Shown: one piece after another, positions 50,655-60,451 of the stretch
Layout: each line of letters opens with the position of its first letter
How positions within the stretch are numbered: position 1 is the first letter of the stretch
Origin: Bdellovibrionales bacterium
GTDB lineage: Bacteria; Bdellovibrionota; Bdellovibrionia; Bdellovibrionales; UBA1609
NCBI GenBank assembly: GCA_027317865.1
Contig: DAHVQG010000002.1
Span: 224,001-288,000 of the forward strand
Direction: 5' to 3'
DNA: 64,000 nt
Position numbers and translations under genes: made by a program
Notes under the pieces: generated by a model
The model's input: only the letters and a program-made list of their open reading frames with translations
Told to the model about the DNA's origin: nothing
The model's database searches: none

Positions 50655-52160
50655 TTACTTAGCCCGACCCTTCACGGTATTTTTACTGAACTCATTCGCG
50701 TCTTGAGATTTGGCTGCACTGAGTTCAAGCATTGGTTGAAAATTCCAGCTTTTGTCGTCAGAAATCGTTTTCGCTATCGCCTGAATTTTTAGCTCCAGTG
50801 CCTCTTCCGAAAGAAATGGCGCCTGAACTTCGACAAATTTGTTCCCGCCGGCCCAAACAGCGCGACCTTTGATGTCGGGTAGCGAATACGCTTTGATATT
50901 TCCAAGCGCCGTGGTGGACCCTGCGAGCGTTGACATTTTAAACACCATTCGACCAGATAGATTTTCAAGCGTTTTGGTATCAAGCGACTCTTTAATAGGT
51001 TTTTGAGTGGCGATTACCAAATGAATTGCTGCCGCCCTTGATAATTTCGCAAGTTCATCTGTCAATTCGCGAGCGCGCGCCACGAGATCAGCTTTGGATT
51101 TACTGACCGTCGTTTTACCGAATAAGACCGAGGCTTCATCGATTGCGACCACGATAAGATCCTTTTTATGGATCGATGGCTCAATTTTTTTGACGCCTTT
51201 TTCTTCCATAAATTGAAAACGCCTTTTCATTTCGTCTCGAACTGCGGTGAGCATTTTTACAGCGCCAACTTCGTCTTTGGCGATTCTCACGTTCGGCAAA
51301 TGGCCGAATTCTTTGAGTTCGACTCCGTGTTTTAGGTCGATCAAGTAAAACTGAATGTGCCGCCACTGACCAAGGCAAACGAGCAGCTGACATTCAAACA
51401 CGCTTTTGCCGCCGCCGGACGTGCCGGCAATTAACAAGTGCGGTAGGTCGCGAATGTCTTGCGTTACTGTCCCGTTGACAGAAGCTCCAACCAAAAATGT
51501 AAACGGCGATTTGAGATCCTTTTCCAGGTCTTCATACAAGAACATTTTTCCGAGTTCCCGCTTGCAGAGCGAGATCTCAATAGTTCTGCGATCAGGCGAT
51601 GGTTCAATTTGTTCGACCATTTGACCAAATGCATATTCGAGATCGGATTTTTTACCTTCAAATCGATCCACCCCCACACCGATTGATCGAACAATAACTT
51701 TGCAGCGTTCGTCGTCCTTTGGTACGACCGCGAGAATTTTTGGCTGCTCACCCTTTGCGTTGCTCAAGCCAACGGAGTTGAAATTATTTTGAAGTTTTCT
51801 TCTTTCCACGAACGCTCTCAAGCCAAGTGCGCAAAGACTTGTGTATGTGACACCTGTGAGTAGTACCAAAAAGTGCGACCATTTTGGCCAGTGTTTTAGC
51901 CATGCCGTAAACTTCGCTGTAAATAGATTTGGCCAAATCCAGTGCAGTGCCTTCAAATATGCATAATCGCCATACGTCGCTGCAAATATGAGAAGAACAA
52001 GTGACGTTGAAAATATAATGAATTCGCTCGAACGAAACTTTATCCGCTTAAGACCCGCCCACGCCATTGAACCCGTCAGCGCAATGACAATGCCGACAGC
52101 GACCACAAACCGTTCAAGACTGTCGTTTTTGGCAACTATACCGTTATTCGGTGGTTTCAT
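50655..52160 (-). CDS. FtsK/SpoIIIE-family ATPase with N-terminal TMs (TcpA-like coupling protein)
   Basis: LPHLLIAGTSGGGKS, LIDLK.GVE, EMKRR, VVAIDEA, RAAAIHLVIATQKP, GRA. Confidence 0.9.
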   Translation of the reverse strand: MKPPNNGIVAKNDSLERFVVAVGIVIALTGSMAWAGLKRIKFRSSEFIIFSTSLVLLIFAATYGDYAYLKALHWIWPNLFTAKFTAWLKHWPKWSHFLVLLTGVTYTSLCALGLRAFVERRKLQNNFNSVGLSNAKGEQPKILAVVPKDDERCKVIVRSIGVGVDRFEGKKSDLEYAFGQMVEQIEPSPDRRTIEISLCKRELGKMFLYEDLEKDLKSPFTFLVGASVNGTVTQDIRDLPHLLIAGTSGGGKSVFECQLLVCLGQWRHIQFYLIDLKHGVELKEFGHLPNVRIAKDEVGAVKMLTAVRDEMKRRFQFMEEKGVKKIEPSIHKKDLIVVAIDEASVLFGKTTVSKSKADLVARARELTDELAKLSRAAAIHLVIATQKPIKESLDTKTLENLSGRMVFKMSTLAGSTTALGNIKAYSLPDIKGRAVWAGGNKFVEVQAPFLSEEALELKIQAIAKTISDDKSWNFQPMLELSAAKSQDANEFSKNTVKGRAK

Positions 52161-53064
52161 AGTAACTACTCGATAGTGAAATGATGAGATCCGATCCGGA
52201 GTCGATCGTTACGTAGCTCGGAGTTTGGCCGAGTTTATTTGCCTGCTCATTTGCTTCCATCTGCGCCACATTCGATAGCCCATTGTAAAAGCCGTTTCTA
52301 AGATTCGCCTTTGGCGTTGGCAAGATCGACTGCCCCAGAGATTCCTTTTGTATCATGACGTCAGACATTCCGCTGATCATCGAAAGACCGATGACAGATG
52401 CCATCCGATCGCCCGTATTGCCGTGATAATCACCAATCACGCCCGGCCGATAGTCCTTGGAGCTTAAGGCCCGCGCACTGATTTTGAATTCATTGCCGTC
52501 CGGTAAAAGCCCATGATCGAAATTGATGTAGACGCGATCGCCGTGACCGGGGTAGCTCGACTGCCCAAATAGAATAGTCTGCGGCGGAAGGCTACCGCCG
52601 CCGAATTTGTGAGCGGCGCCATATGGTAGAACAACTTGCACGCCCTCCGGGTAGCGGGTGTCAATGCCCGAAGCGAACTTCCCAATAAAATTTGATCCAA
52701 TCGGTAATTTTTCGTATGACTCGCCAGGAGTAATCACTTGTTTTGCCCGGTAGCGCAGGTGTAACGGCTGAAGCATTGTCCTAGGCGATTTAGGTGCATG
52801 GCTCAATACGCCGCCGACTTTAGCAACTGTAGCAGCCAGTTGCGCGGCATTGGTTCCGGCGCCTTTTTGAATCAACGACACGTTACTCTGCCTAATCGCG
52901 GTCGCAACGGGTGACTTTCGAATCGAAGGCAGAAGTGAGATAACAATACCGAGAACGGTCAATGCAAACGCCGCAAGGATCGTATGTTTTCGGTTCAATA
53001 CTTTTTTGCCGCCCTCATTCCTAAAGAAAAAATCCCGACTACGCTCACGAATATTTATTTTCAA
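52144..53064 (-). CDS. VirB10/TrbI-like T4SS protein
   Basis: Single TM then beta-rich domain (LPIGS.F.G, DRVYINFD..L.PDG, YVTIDSG); TTGA coupling gives start 53064. Confidence 0.65.
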   Translation of the reverse strand: MKINIRERSRDFFFRNEGGKKVLNRKHTILAAFALTVLGIVISLLPSIRKSPVATAIRQSNVSLIQKGAGTNAAQLAATVAKVGGVLSHAPKSPRTMLQPLHLRYRAKQVITPGESYEKLPIGSNFIGKFASGIDTRYPEGVQVVLPYGAAHKFGGGSLPPQTILFGQSSYPGHGDRVYINFDHGLLPDGNEFKISARALSSKDYRPGVIGDYHGNTGDRMASVIGLSMISGMSDVMIQKESLGQSILPTPKANLRNGFYNGLSNVAQMEANEQANKLGQTPSYVTIDSGSDLIISLSSSYYETTE

Positions 53065-53786
53065 AAATACCGCCAAGGGATACTTCGCTCCGCGAACGTA
53101 TTCATGAAGCGCAACTTGAGCGTGAGGTTCGTCCTTTGCTTTCTTGTAAACAGCAGTCGAACTCGCGCCGACTGCCCATGCTGTACGATGCCGCTTTGAA
53201 CGACAAACTCTTGAAGCGGTAACCGATTTGAGTGATAGCTGAGATCAACTTGAAGACCCGACAGCGATACCGCATTCGTCGAGATGTTCCTAACGGTGAG
53301 GTCTATGAGGTAAAAGGATCGGCCACGAAACTGCTCGATCCGATCAACCTTTACGCCGAGCAGGTGACCCACACGAAATGCGACATGGGGGTTAGAAACT
53401 ACATGAATCGGCGAAACCAAAATGGCCGGCTTCATAGGGTCCGATGAATTTTTGTCCTCCCAATACACATGGACAAGATCGTCATATCTCTCACTCGATG
53501 GACGTAGTAAAAATCCATAAGTGTGTTTTGCACTATACACAAATAAGTTTGTTGCGACGGCACCGCGCGGTTGTACGGCGATGTCTTTGTCTGTGAACTC
53601 GATGCCGTAATAATTCGAATTACCGAGAACCACTTTTTTTGGTTTTTCTTGAAACCTCAATACGGTCGAACGGCCCATTCGTAAATAGATCGGGATCATT
53701 TTTGACCCGTTTGCTTCGACAGTTCGCACATTACCGGCATACGCATGGCATCCGAGAAATAATGCCAACCAAATTAGCCACCGCAA
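53061..53786 (-). CDS. VirB9/TrbG-like secreted T4SS protein
   Basis: Signal peptide; STVLRF, VVLGN, TNLFVYS..HTYGF; lies between the virB8- and virB10-like genes. Confidence 0.6.
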   Translation of the reverse strand: MRWLIWLALFLGCHAYAGNVRTVEANGSKMIPIYLRMGRSTVLRFQEKPKKVVLGNSNYYGIEFTDKDIAVQPRGAVATNLFVYSAKHTYGFLLRPSSERYDDLVHVYWEDKNSSDPMKPAILVSPIHVVSNPHVAFRVGHLLGVKVDRIEQFRGRSFYLIDLTVRNISTNAVSLSGLQVDLSYHSNRLPLQEFVVQSGIVQHGQSARVRLLFTRKQRTNLTLKLRFMNTFAERSIPWRYF

Positions 53787-54383
53787 TTATTTTCCTTGGT
53801 AAACAATTTCGCCGGCTACGTAAAGACCGAGAGGATTCCACTGAGTGCGATCGCCTTGTACGAGTTGAAATGACACTTGAGTGGGGACGACAAGCGGAAC
53901 ATTATCAACTCTCAATACAACATCAAACGTTGCAACCGTACTATCTTTTGTGATTTGAATGCCAAGTCCGGCCACACTTTGTTTAACCTTCTTACCCATA
54001 AAATCCTTGTCTTTTTCTTGACTGAGTTCGGCGATTTCTTGGGCACGGAAATTATCCGTCACAAGCGGTGCAATATCTTCGCCGATGTGATTCGGGTCGA
54101 GTGTATCCCACTGGTATGCAAGTCCCACATACTCTTCAACAAAACGTTTTATGTTGTCTTCACCGAGCGGAACCGGCCGTCTAGTACCTTGAACAAATGT
54201 GTAATCGGCGCCTTGCTGAATCGCGACAATGGGATTTCGATTTGACAGCGTCAGACATAAGATAACGAGGAGCGCGCACAAACCCGCGACGACTGCGCCC
54301 CCAACTTTGTACAAAAATAAAATTCGATTGAGTGCCACCCATTGGTTAATGGGTTTGCCATTTTCAATTGCTTTGAGTAACAA
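53787..54383 (-). CDS. VirB8/TrbF-like T4SS protein
   Basis: Single TM, FVEEYV, C-terminal RTQWNPLGLYV. Confidence 0.7.
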   Translation of the reverse strand: MLLKAIENGKPINQWVALNRILFLYKVGGAVVAGLCALLVILCLTLSNRNPIVAIQQGADYTFVQGTRRPVPLGEDNIKRFVEEYVGLAYQWDTLDPNHIGEDIAPLVTDNFRAQEIAELSQEKDKDFMGKKVKQSVAGLGIQITKDSTVATFDVVLRVDNVPLVVPTQVSFQLVQGDRTQWNPLGLYVAGEIVYQGK

Positions 54384-54384
54384 A

Positions 54385-55332
54385 TTATCTCCTTCTTTTG
54401 TTTATATTCTTAGCTTCTTGAGGTAGCCCGACTTGGGAGTACCAGTTTGAAAAATTCCTGACATGTGGCTTCATTCGGTCAGCCATGATCTGTGCGCGTC
54501 CACTGATGGGGTTAGTCAAAGGTTTAGCCGCAAAGTTCGATGCTGCAAGAGTCCCACCCACGGCCTTTCGACCCAAAACCCTTGATGAAAGCATCGCCGC
54601 CTTCGTCGCCATGAGTCCGGGTGCAGCCGCAAGGCCAGCCGCCGCCGATTGCAATCCATCGCCCAGAAGCGATTTTGCAAATAGAGGAATGAGAAGCATC
54701 GAAACACCGATCAGTAAGTTCATCACCATCGACAAAATGTAGTCGTCAACTCCAACGACCTTTGGATTCATTGCAAGCTTTAATAAAAGTGCGCCGAGGA
54801 GGGTCCATAAAACCTTCCATGTGGCGACACTCACCAGACCCCGATATAAATTGCCCGTGATGCGAGCCGTGGACTTGGGCACGTAGCAAAGAATCATAAG
54901 CGGCGCGCACACAAACAATATTGCCCAAACAAAATTCATGAGCGTAATCGACGCGAAAAATCCGATATAAGCGATGAGGTAAGCGCCAATTGCAAAAATA
55001 TAAATAACGCTTGCTCTAAGATCAAATAGGCTACCTGACTTACCCTGTGAGTTCGGGCCAAGGTGCTTGATTGCGGTCCATAAAGCGTGCGTGTGGTCGA
55101 TGTGTGCCGTTATTTGATCACCCAGCATACCGATCGTGTTAACTACAGTCGCAAAAGAAACGAGAAGCAGGATCGAAATAACCGTTCGCTTGAGTATATC
55201 GTTGACGTTGGGCGAGCTTTTTAAGAATTCAAAAACTATCAAAAGCGTGACCACAGCCGGGAGCAGTATCCAATAAACTTGAACCATCTCGCCGTGGAGA
55301 CTTTTCGCATATACGAATAAATTTTCAAACAT
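54385..55332 (-). CDS. VirB6/TrbL-like polytopic membrane protein
   Basis: About 6 TMs, APLMIL..VP, Ala/Gly-rich tail. Confidence 0.65.
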   Translation of the reverse strand: MFENLFVYAKSLHGEMVQVYWILLPAVVTLLIVFEFLKSSPNVNDILKRTVISILLLVSFATVVNTIGMLGDQITAHIDHTHALWTAIKHLGPNSQGKSGSLFDLRASVIYIFAIGAYLIAYIGFFASITLMNFVWAILFVCAPLMILCYVPKSTARITGNLYRGLVSVATWKVLWTLLGALLLKLAMNPKVVGVDDYILSMVMNLLIGVSMLLIPLFAKSLLGDGLQSAAAGLAAAPGLMATKAAMLSSRVLGRKAVGGTLAASNFAAKPLTNPISGRAQIMADRMKPHVRNFSNWYSQVGLPQEAKNINKRRR

Positions 55333-55334
55333 TT

Positions 55335-56021
55335 CTAAAATCTCGATAAGCTTGTATCAAGCTTGAAATTCTGAAATCCACCGTCGAGATCGCGATCCAC
55401 TTTTTGAAAATCAGTTACCTGATCCTTGTCGGCTTTGTTATTCATGGCCAGCTGTTCGCTCTCAAGTTTCAGCATTTGAGTATTGAGGCGAATAAGCTGG
55501 CTGAGACTTCGCAAAATCTCAGCACTCGTTTCTGCCTGCATCCGAGCGGCACCCTTGGGTGAAGCCTGGCGGGCTTGTACCAGTATCTTTATCGAATTTG
55601 CTTCTTGTTCCGACGAATACTGCTTAAATGAGTCGACCATGCGTAGTGACTCAGCGACACTTTGATCGTTAAGAAGCTCTAATGCCGCAGCTCTACTCTT
55701 CGGCACTCGACCATAAATCGACGAGATCATGTCAACGGCTTGTTTGAAATTTTGTAGATCAGCCAATATTCGATCATCATGCACTGGAAGAGTCGAGAGA
55801 AGTCCGATCGAATTTTCGAGACCGGAATTTATAACGTGCATGTAATCGGACATGTCACGCCCTTGCTGGACCATTGTTTCGAATTCCTGGTAGTCTTGGA
55901 TATTCTGAGCCAGTATCTTTAATAAGATCGGAATGTCACCTCCGAAGAAATCCGCCCTGGCGGGCGGACTTATGAATAATAGCGTAAACGCTGTAACTGC
56001 CGTCCAGCGAAGTATTTTAAT
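55335..56021 (-). CDS. VirB5/TrbJ-like secreted helical protein; probable non-canonical ATT start
   Basis: Frame is open 49 codons upstream of the track ATG and encodes a signal peptide IKILRWTAVTAFTLLFISPPARA-DFFGGD; SD AAAGGAGG at 56026-56033. Confidence 0.65.
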   Translation of the reverse strand: MKILRWTAVTAFTLLFISPPARADFFGGDIPILLKILAQNIQDYQEFETMVQQGRDMSDYMHVINSGLENSIGLLSTLPVHDDRILADLQNFKQAVDMISSIYGRVPKSRAAALELLNDQSVAESLRMVDSFKQYSSEQEANSIKILVQARQASPKGAARMQAETSAEILRSLSQLIRLNTQMLKLESEQLAMNNKADKDQVTDFQKVDRDLDGGFQNFKLDTSLSRF

Positions 56022-56045
56022 ACGACCTCCTTTGAATCAGTTCGA

Positions 56046-58487
56046 TTAAGCGCTCTTCTTCTGTTCATCTTTTTCACTCGCCAGCTTTTTTAGAATCTCG
56101 ATTTTTTTCAGCTCCGGATGCCTTCTTTCAAGCTCTTGAATTCGCGCTTTATCGCCGGCGTCGCTGGTGCAGATCCAGTATGAAAGTGGCTCGGAGGTCA
56201 ACCGTAAAACGATTTGATTTTCATCCTGTAGAAAAAAGAATTCACTATACGCACCTTTTACGACTTCTAAGCTCTTTATCGCTTCAACCTGCGCGTCGGT
56301 GAAATCAAATGTTTCTTGAAAATCCTTCCAGTCAATTTTTCGTTGCTTTAGAATAATGACGCTTGTCGAGTTTGGCATAAGCGCATCGCGGATCTCGGGA
56401 TCAGCCAAAAAATCGCGATAGTTCTGGCTAATGCACCAAATACCGGCGTTGTACTTTCGCCACGTTCTGTAGCAGGTAATAACAAACTGCTTTGATAGCT
56501 CGCCGCTTTTAAAAAACCGCTCGGCCTCGTCACAAATGAGTAGATATGGTCGCGCGAGATCCGATGCCGCTGCATCCTGAATGTACGATGTCAAAAGTAA
56601 TAGCAAAATGTCTTTAAGGTCCGGATGGTTCGTGAGTCCATTTACCTCGATGGTGACAAGATCCTTTGACAAATTGATTGTACTTGGTCCATCGAGCATT
56701 CTACCGTAAGCCGTTTCACCACACCACGAAAATAGAATCTGCGCGAATTTTTGCATTTCTGGATCGTTATGCTTTTCTAGTGCGGTTTTCAGATCCGACA
56801 GAAATGGAACACGCGCGGCCGACCCTTTGTATACGGCAAAAATCGCTTCTTCGAGCATGGCCTTTTCACGTTTTCCTAAAGATTTTTGGTTCGGGTCTTT
56901 AAGAATAAGTTCTAAAATTGCGAGTATCAATTTAACCCGCGCCGGAGATGGCGTGGCTTCGCCGTTTGGAAGATCAAACACATTAATCCGAATGCCGCTT
57001 TCTAAGTTCAAGTCGACAAATTCGCCGTCTAATACTTCGAGCAATTTTTGCGAACTTGCGCCATTATCGATCCAAAAAAGCCGGGGCGTCGGTTTTTGAC
57101 CGTAAAACATGAGCATCAGCTGCGAGATCGTGAAGCTCTTGCCGCTGCCTGTTCCGCCGAAAATCAGACCGTTCCACGCGGGCAATTCCTGCGCAAACGG
57201 TGAAAACGAAAATAGACCGCCGTCACGGTTTGGGATGAGGCACACTGGGCTTTGGTTCCCGCGCCAGTTACCATAGAGCGGGAGAAGATGTGCAACATTA
57301 CTACTCTTCATTTTGTAGTGGCGAAGGCCGCTACACGCACCGGGTAGGGCGTCGATAAAAACGTCAAAACCTGGCAGCGTTTCTACGATCCCTTCAGATT
57401 GACCCATCTGTCGAAACGCTTTTAGAACTTCGTCCGATTTCTCTTCGAGCTCCTCTTGCGATTTAGCCCAAATGATTACGGTAAAATCCATCGATACGAG
57501 TCGCTCACTTCCGTCGAGTAATTCACGTAGCAAGGATTCGATATCGTTTAGTTTTGACTCGCTTTCGAGGTCAGAAACATTTTCTGATCCGCCGGCCATC
57601 GAATTGGCCACGCGACGCTTGAGTTCTAGGCGCTGCCGTTCGCGTATTTGATCCAAAATTTTTATATTCTGGCTCATCCAAAAGTGAAACGGTAACGACA
57701 AAGTCAAATTGTTAATTATAGAGCTATATGTCGAACCTTCAGGAAGCGTTTTCAAGGTGACTGTGCGGAAAAAATAATCGCCAACTCGCAAATGACCACG
57801 ATGGACTTCAATATCTGAAAGTGTCAACTGTTCAATTATTGACGGAGCGAGTGGGTCCCCGGATTCACGCATCGACGGTAATGGGTAGTGTTCTGCGCGA
57901 TCAAGGTTTAGGTATTGAAATACAAGACTAAACCACTCCTCGGGCTCAAGTTTTGCCGGCTTTAGCCCCGAATGTATCAGCGAAGATTCAATTTGCTTTA
58001 ACGCTCGATCGAATTTTTCTCTATGAGCTGTATATTCTGACTCTGCAATGGGTTCGTATTTTTTTTGCGACTCCCAAAAACGGCGCTTTTTATAAGAATA
58101 TGGTTTGCTTCGAATAAAAAGATAGAATTCCGGCACGAAGTAATTTTTTTGCGCTTCATTTCTCTTTAGAAACGATATCCGAGCCTCGGCAATTGGCCGA
58201 TAAATCTCTGGGGCTTCACTTGAAATCGCTGCATGTTCGGTGAGCAGGGCGCTTACATTTGGGGTCACGCGATAAAAGATCTGAAGCTTGAGCCCTTCTT
58301 CCGTACCAATTAACAGATTTTCGACTTTTCTTGTAAAGGTATTGATTTCGTCGGGTGTGCGGCACGAAATATCGACTCCTGTTAGCCGAAATGCACCGCC
58401 AAGTGAGCCGTCAGAATACACCATTAAATCTTGATCGAAGTGCCAAAACGGCAGGCGATCCGCGAGACCCGCAATATTATTTTTCAT
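56046..58487 (-). CDS. virB4: VirB4/TraC-like T4SS ATPase
   Basis: About 813 aa; NGLIFGGTGSGKS, IDNGAS, INVFD, LLICDEA, WRKYNAG...ISQ. Confidence 0.9.
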   Translation of the reverse strand: MKNNIAGLADRLPFWHFDQDLMVYSDGSLGGAFRLTGVDISCRTPDEINTFTRKVENLLIGTEEGLKLQIFYRVTPNVSALLTEHAAISSEAPEIYRPIAEARISFLKRNEAQKNYFVPEFYLFIRSKPYSYKKRRFWESQKKYEPIAESEYTAHREKFDRALKQIESSLIHSGLKPAKLEPEEWFSLVFQYLNLDRAEHYPLPSMRESGDPLAPSIIEQLTLSDIEVHRGHLRVGDYFFRTVTLKTLPEGSTYSSIINNLTLSLPFHFWMSQNIKILDQIRERQRLELKRRVANSMAGGSENVSDLESESKLNDIESLLRELLDGSERLVSMDFTVIIWAKSQEELEEKSDEVLKAFRQMGQSEGIVETLPGFDVFIDALPGACSGLRHYKMKSSNVAHLLPLYGNWRGNQSPVCLIPNRDGGLFSFSPFAQELPAWNGLIFGGTGSGKSFTISQLMLMFYGQKPTPRLFWIDNGASSQKLLEVLDGEFVDLNLESGIRINVFDLPNGEATPSPARVKLILAILELILKDPNQKSLGKREKAMLEEAIFAVYKGSAARVPFLSDLKTALEKHNDPEMQKFAQILFSWCGETAYGRMLDGPSTINLSKDLVTIEVNGLTNHPDLKDILLLLLTSYIQDAAASDLARPYLLICDEAERFFKSGELSKQFVITCYRTWRKYNAGIWCISQNYRDFLADPEIRDALMPNSTSVIILKQRKIDWKDFQETFDFTDAQVEAIKSLEVVKGAYSEFFFLQDENQIVLRLTSEPLSYWICTSDAGDKARIQELERRHPELKKIEILKKLASEKDEQKKSA

Positions 58488-58782
58488 AGATATTGGTTCG
58501 TAGCCTTTCTTGAAATTCAGGTTGCGCGCCTGCGGCATAATGGCCCGGCGTTAAGTAAAATCGCAACAGGTGGAGTAAAAATCCATCAGGTTTATTGCGC
58601 TTTCCTAGATATAGTACGAGCAGCATCGCAACTGGCACACATACGACAATCGGTAAAGGTAGGTGAAGAACATTGAGAATCGAGAGAGCAATCAAAGCCG
58701 CGATGAGATCGAGGGCCTCCATGCCCCCGATCTTCACTCTAACGTCAAGCCCACGGTGAACTGCGGACCTATTCAACTCCAC
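58477..58782 (-). CDS. VirB3-like protein
   Basis: KIGGMEALD, two TMs, KRNKPDGFL; directly upstream of virB4. Confidence 0.7.
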   Translation of the reverse strand: MELNRSAVHRGLDVRVKIGGMEALDLIAALIALSILNVLHLPLPIVVCVPVAMLLVLYLGKRNKPDGFLLHLLRFYLTPGHYAAGAQPEFQERLRTNIYEK

Positions 58783-59112
58783 CTAATAACCTCCGCCAAC
58801 AGCACCTTGCAGCCAGTGAATTATAATCGGCGCGAGACATCCGACGATGCATGCAATGATAATTAGTATCATTCGACCTTTTGCACCCTGATCACCAGAA
58901 ACCGCAAGAATAGCGGCATAGACAAGGCCCAAGATAGAAATCGCTGGCAATACGACAGTGATGAGCTTGCCTGTTAAACCTGCAACACGCCCCGACAGTT
59001 CATCGGCGCCAACGCCGCCATAGCTTTGTGCGAATGCGAAATGCGGGTAAAGAGTCATCAAAGCAAATACGCCGATCAAAACGCACGCCAATGCAATAGT
59101 TGACTTTTTCAC
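58783..59112 (-). CDS. VirB2/TrbC-like pilin
   Basis: Signal peptide ending AFA, two hydrophobic helices separated by GDQGAKGR. Confidence 0.75.
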   Translation of the reverse strand: MKKSTIALACVLIGVFALMTLYPHFAFAQSYGGVGADELSGRVAGLTGKLITVVLPAISILGLVYAAILAVSGDQGAKGRMILIIIACIVGCLAPIIIHWLQGAVGGGY

Positions 59113-59450
59113 TCGGTAACGTCTGGCACAAGAACGAGTCGCTGCGGCAAATATCGGCCAATCTTCATGTACACGTGACCATTCGTCTCGCCACTTGAAT
59201 ATCCATTACCTACAGGTACACGATGAGAAAATTTACCGTTAATATCAACTGGCGAATGAACGACGTAATCGATTCGATCTTCATTGGCCTCTTTCGGTCG
59301 AAGATAGAGAATGGTGCGAGGCGCATCGAGCACAAGTCGATATTCGCCAAATTCAGGGACATAAAATGCAACACCGGCATTATATTTTTCGCCGCTTTCA
59401 GGGTCTAACCAAAACAACTCTTCTTTTTTTGTTTTTTTAATTTTTTCCAT
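59109..59450 (-). CDS. Hypothetical beta-rich protein
   Basis: SD GAGG before ATG 59450; GTGA coupling to the pilin gene. Confidence 0.6.
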   Translation of the reverse strand: MEKIKKTKKEELFWLDPESGEKYNAGVAFYVPEFGEYRLVLDAPRTILYLRPKEANEDRIDYVVHSPVDINGKFSHRVPVGNGYSSGETNGHVYMKIGRYLPQRLVLVPDVTE

Positions 59451-59509
59451 TTTAGAAATCCTCAAATTATTTGTAATTGACCGACAGTAAATCCATTCCG
59501 AGATTTTAC

Positions 59510-59851
59510 TTACGCCGCGACGAGTTCCTCTCCTGAATCTTTTCTCAGGGCTGAAACCAGTTCACTTCGCAAATTATCGAGTGCATGGCTAAAAATCTTT
59601 ATTGTTAAATCGATCGGCAGTTCAATTTGTGCGGCGATTGAAGAAAACGACAAGCCCTCCCAGAATCTCAAATAAACAACCAAACGTTCTTCGCGAGACA
59701 GTTTGGCGACACGGTCGCGCACGAGTGCGGCCTGGCGGTCTTTTCGTTGGTCGTAGCGCCAATGTTTTTTTCGTTCATAATCAGCGAAAACTCTATTATC
59801 CATCTCACGCTCAATCATTTTTGGACTCCAATATTGAAGTTTCGTGTTCAC
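59510..59851 (-). CDS. Sigma-70 region 4-like HTH protein
   Basis: LSREERLVVYLRFWEGLSFSSIA...ALDNLR. Confidence 0.8.
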   Translation of the reverse strand: MNTKLQYWSPKMIEREMDNRVFADYERKKHWRYDQRKDRQAALVRDRVAKLSREERLVVYLRFWEGLSFSSIAAQIELPIDLTIKIFSHALDNLRSELVSALRKDSGEELVAA

Positions 59852-59979
59852 CAGAACCGTCCGTATAACCCGTATTTGATTCGAGCTTCATCGCGTGCCT
59901 TTCTTAATCGTTCCTCATCAACTTTTATTTCAAAAAGTATATAGTGGACCCGCTTAAAAATTTGGCGGAGCTTATCCAT
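59848..59979 (-). CDS. 43-aa small protein not in the ORF track
   Basis: MDKLRQIFKRVHYILFEIKVDEERLRKARDEARIKYGLYGRFW; SD GAGG; overlaps the upstream stop and the downstream GTG (GTGA). Confidence 0.6.
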   Translation of the reverse strand: MDKLRQIFKRVHYILFEIKVDEERLRKARDEARIKYGLYGRFW

Positions 59980-60451
59980 TGGATGCCTCTTTTGAAAATG
60001 GGATTACATTCGAGGTTTGCCTCTCGACAGTTTCATCGGGGCGCCGAAAACTAACGACGTTTTCAATGCTGACAACGCGAGCTTCTGGCTTGCCATTACC
60101 GCCGTTTTCTAGAAATTCCTGACACTCGATACAAAAAGTGCAGTCCGGCTGTGCATCGAGACGCCTGGGATCAATTTCTTCTTCGCATCCTTCACACACA
60201 CCGAAAATCCCCATGTCGATTCGTCTGAGTGCTCGCGCCAATTTGCCAGCTTGCCTTTCGATATGTCGAAACATACCCATTCGTTGATTGCGATCGCTCA
60301 GTTCTTTTGCTTCATCGAGTGGGTCGGGTAAAATTAATGGGTCTTCGACAATCGCGCGCAATTCGGATTCGAGACCCTCCCACATTTGGTGGAGGGCGCG
60401 CTGTCGCTCCAAGATATTGTCTTTGAATTTTTGTAGCTGTTCGTTTGTCAC
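59972..60451 (-). CDS. TraR/DksA C4-type zinc finger protein
   Basis: DPLDEA (DxxDxA), ALRRIDMG.FGVCEGC, RLDAQP...CIECQ; GTG start after GAGGAGGAG. Confidence 0.9.
   Translation of the reverse strand: MTNEQLQKFKDNILERQRALHQMWEGLESELRAIVEDPLILPDPLDEAKELSDRNQRMGMFRHIERQAGKLARALRRIDMGIFGVCEGCEEEIDPRRLDAQPDCTFCIECQEFLENGGNGKPEARVVSIENVVSFRRPDETVERQTSNVIPFSKEASNG

Noticed and set aside
50655-52160. Chromosomal cell-division ftsK
   Set aside because: Only 501 aa, no long linker or gamma domain, and embedded in the T4SS operon
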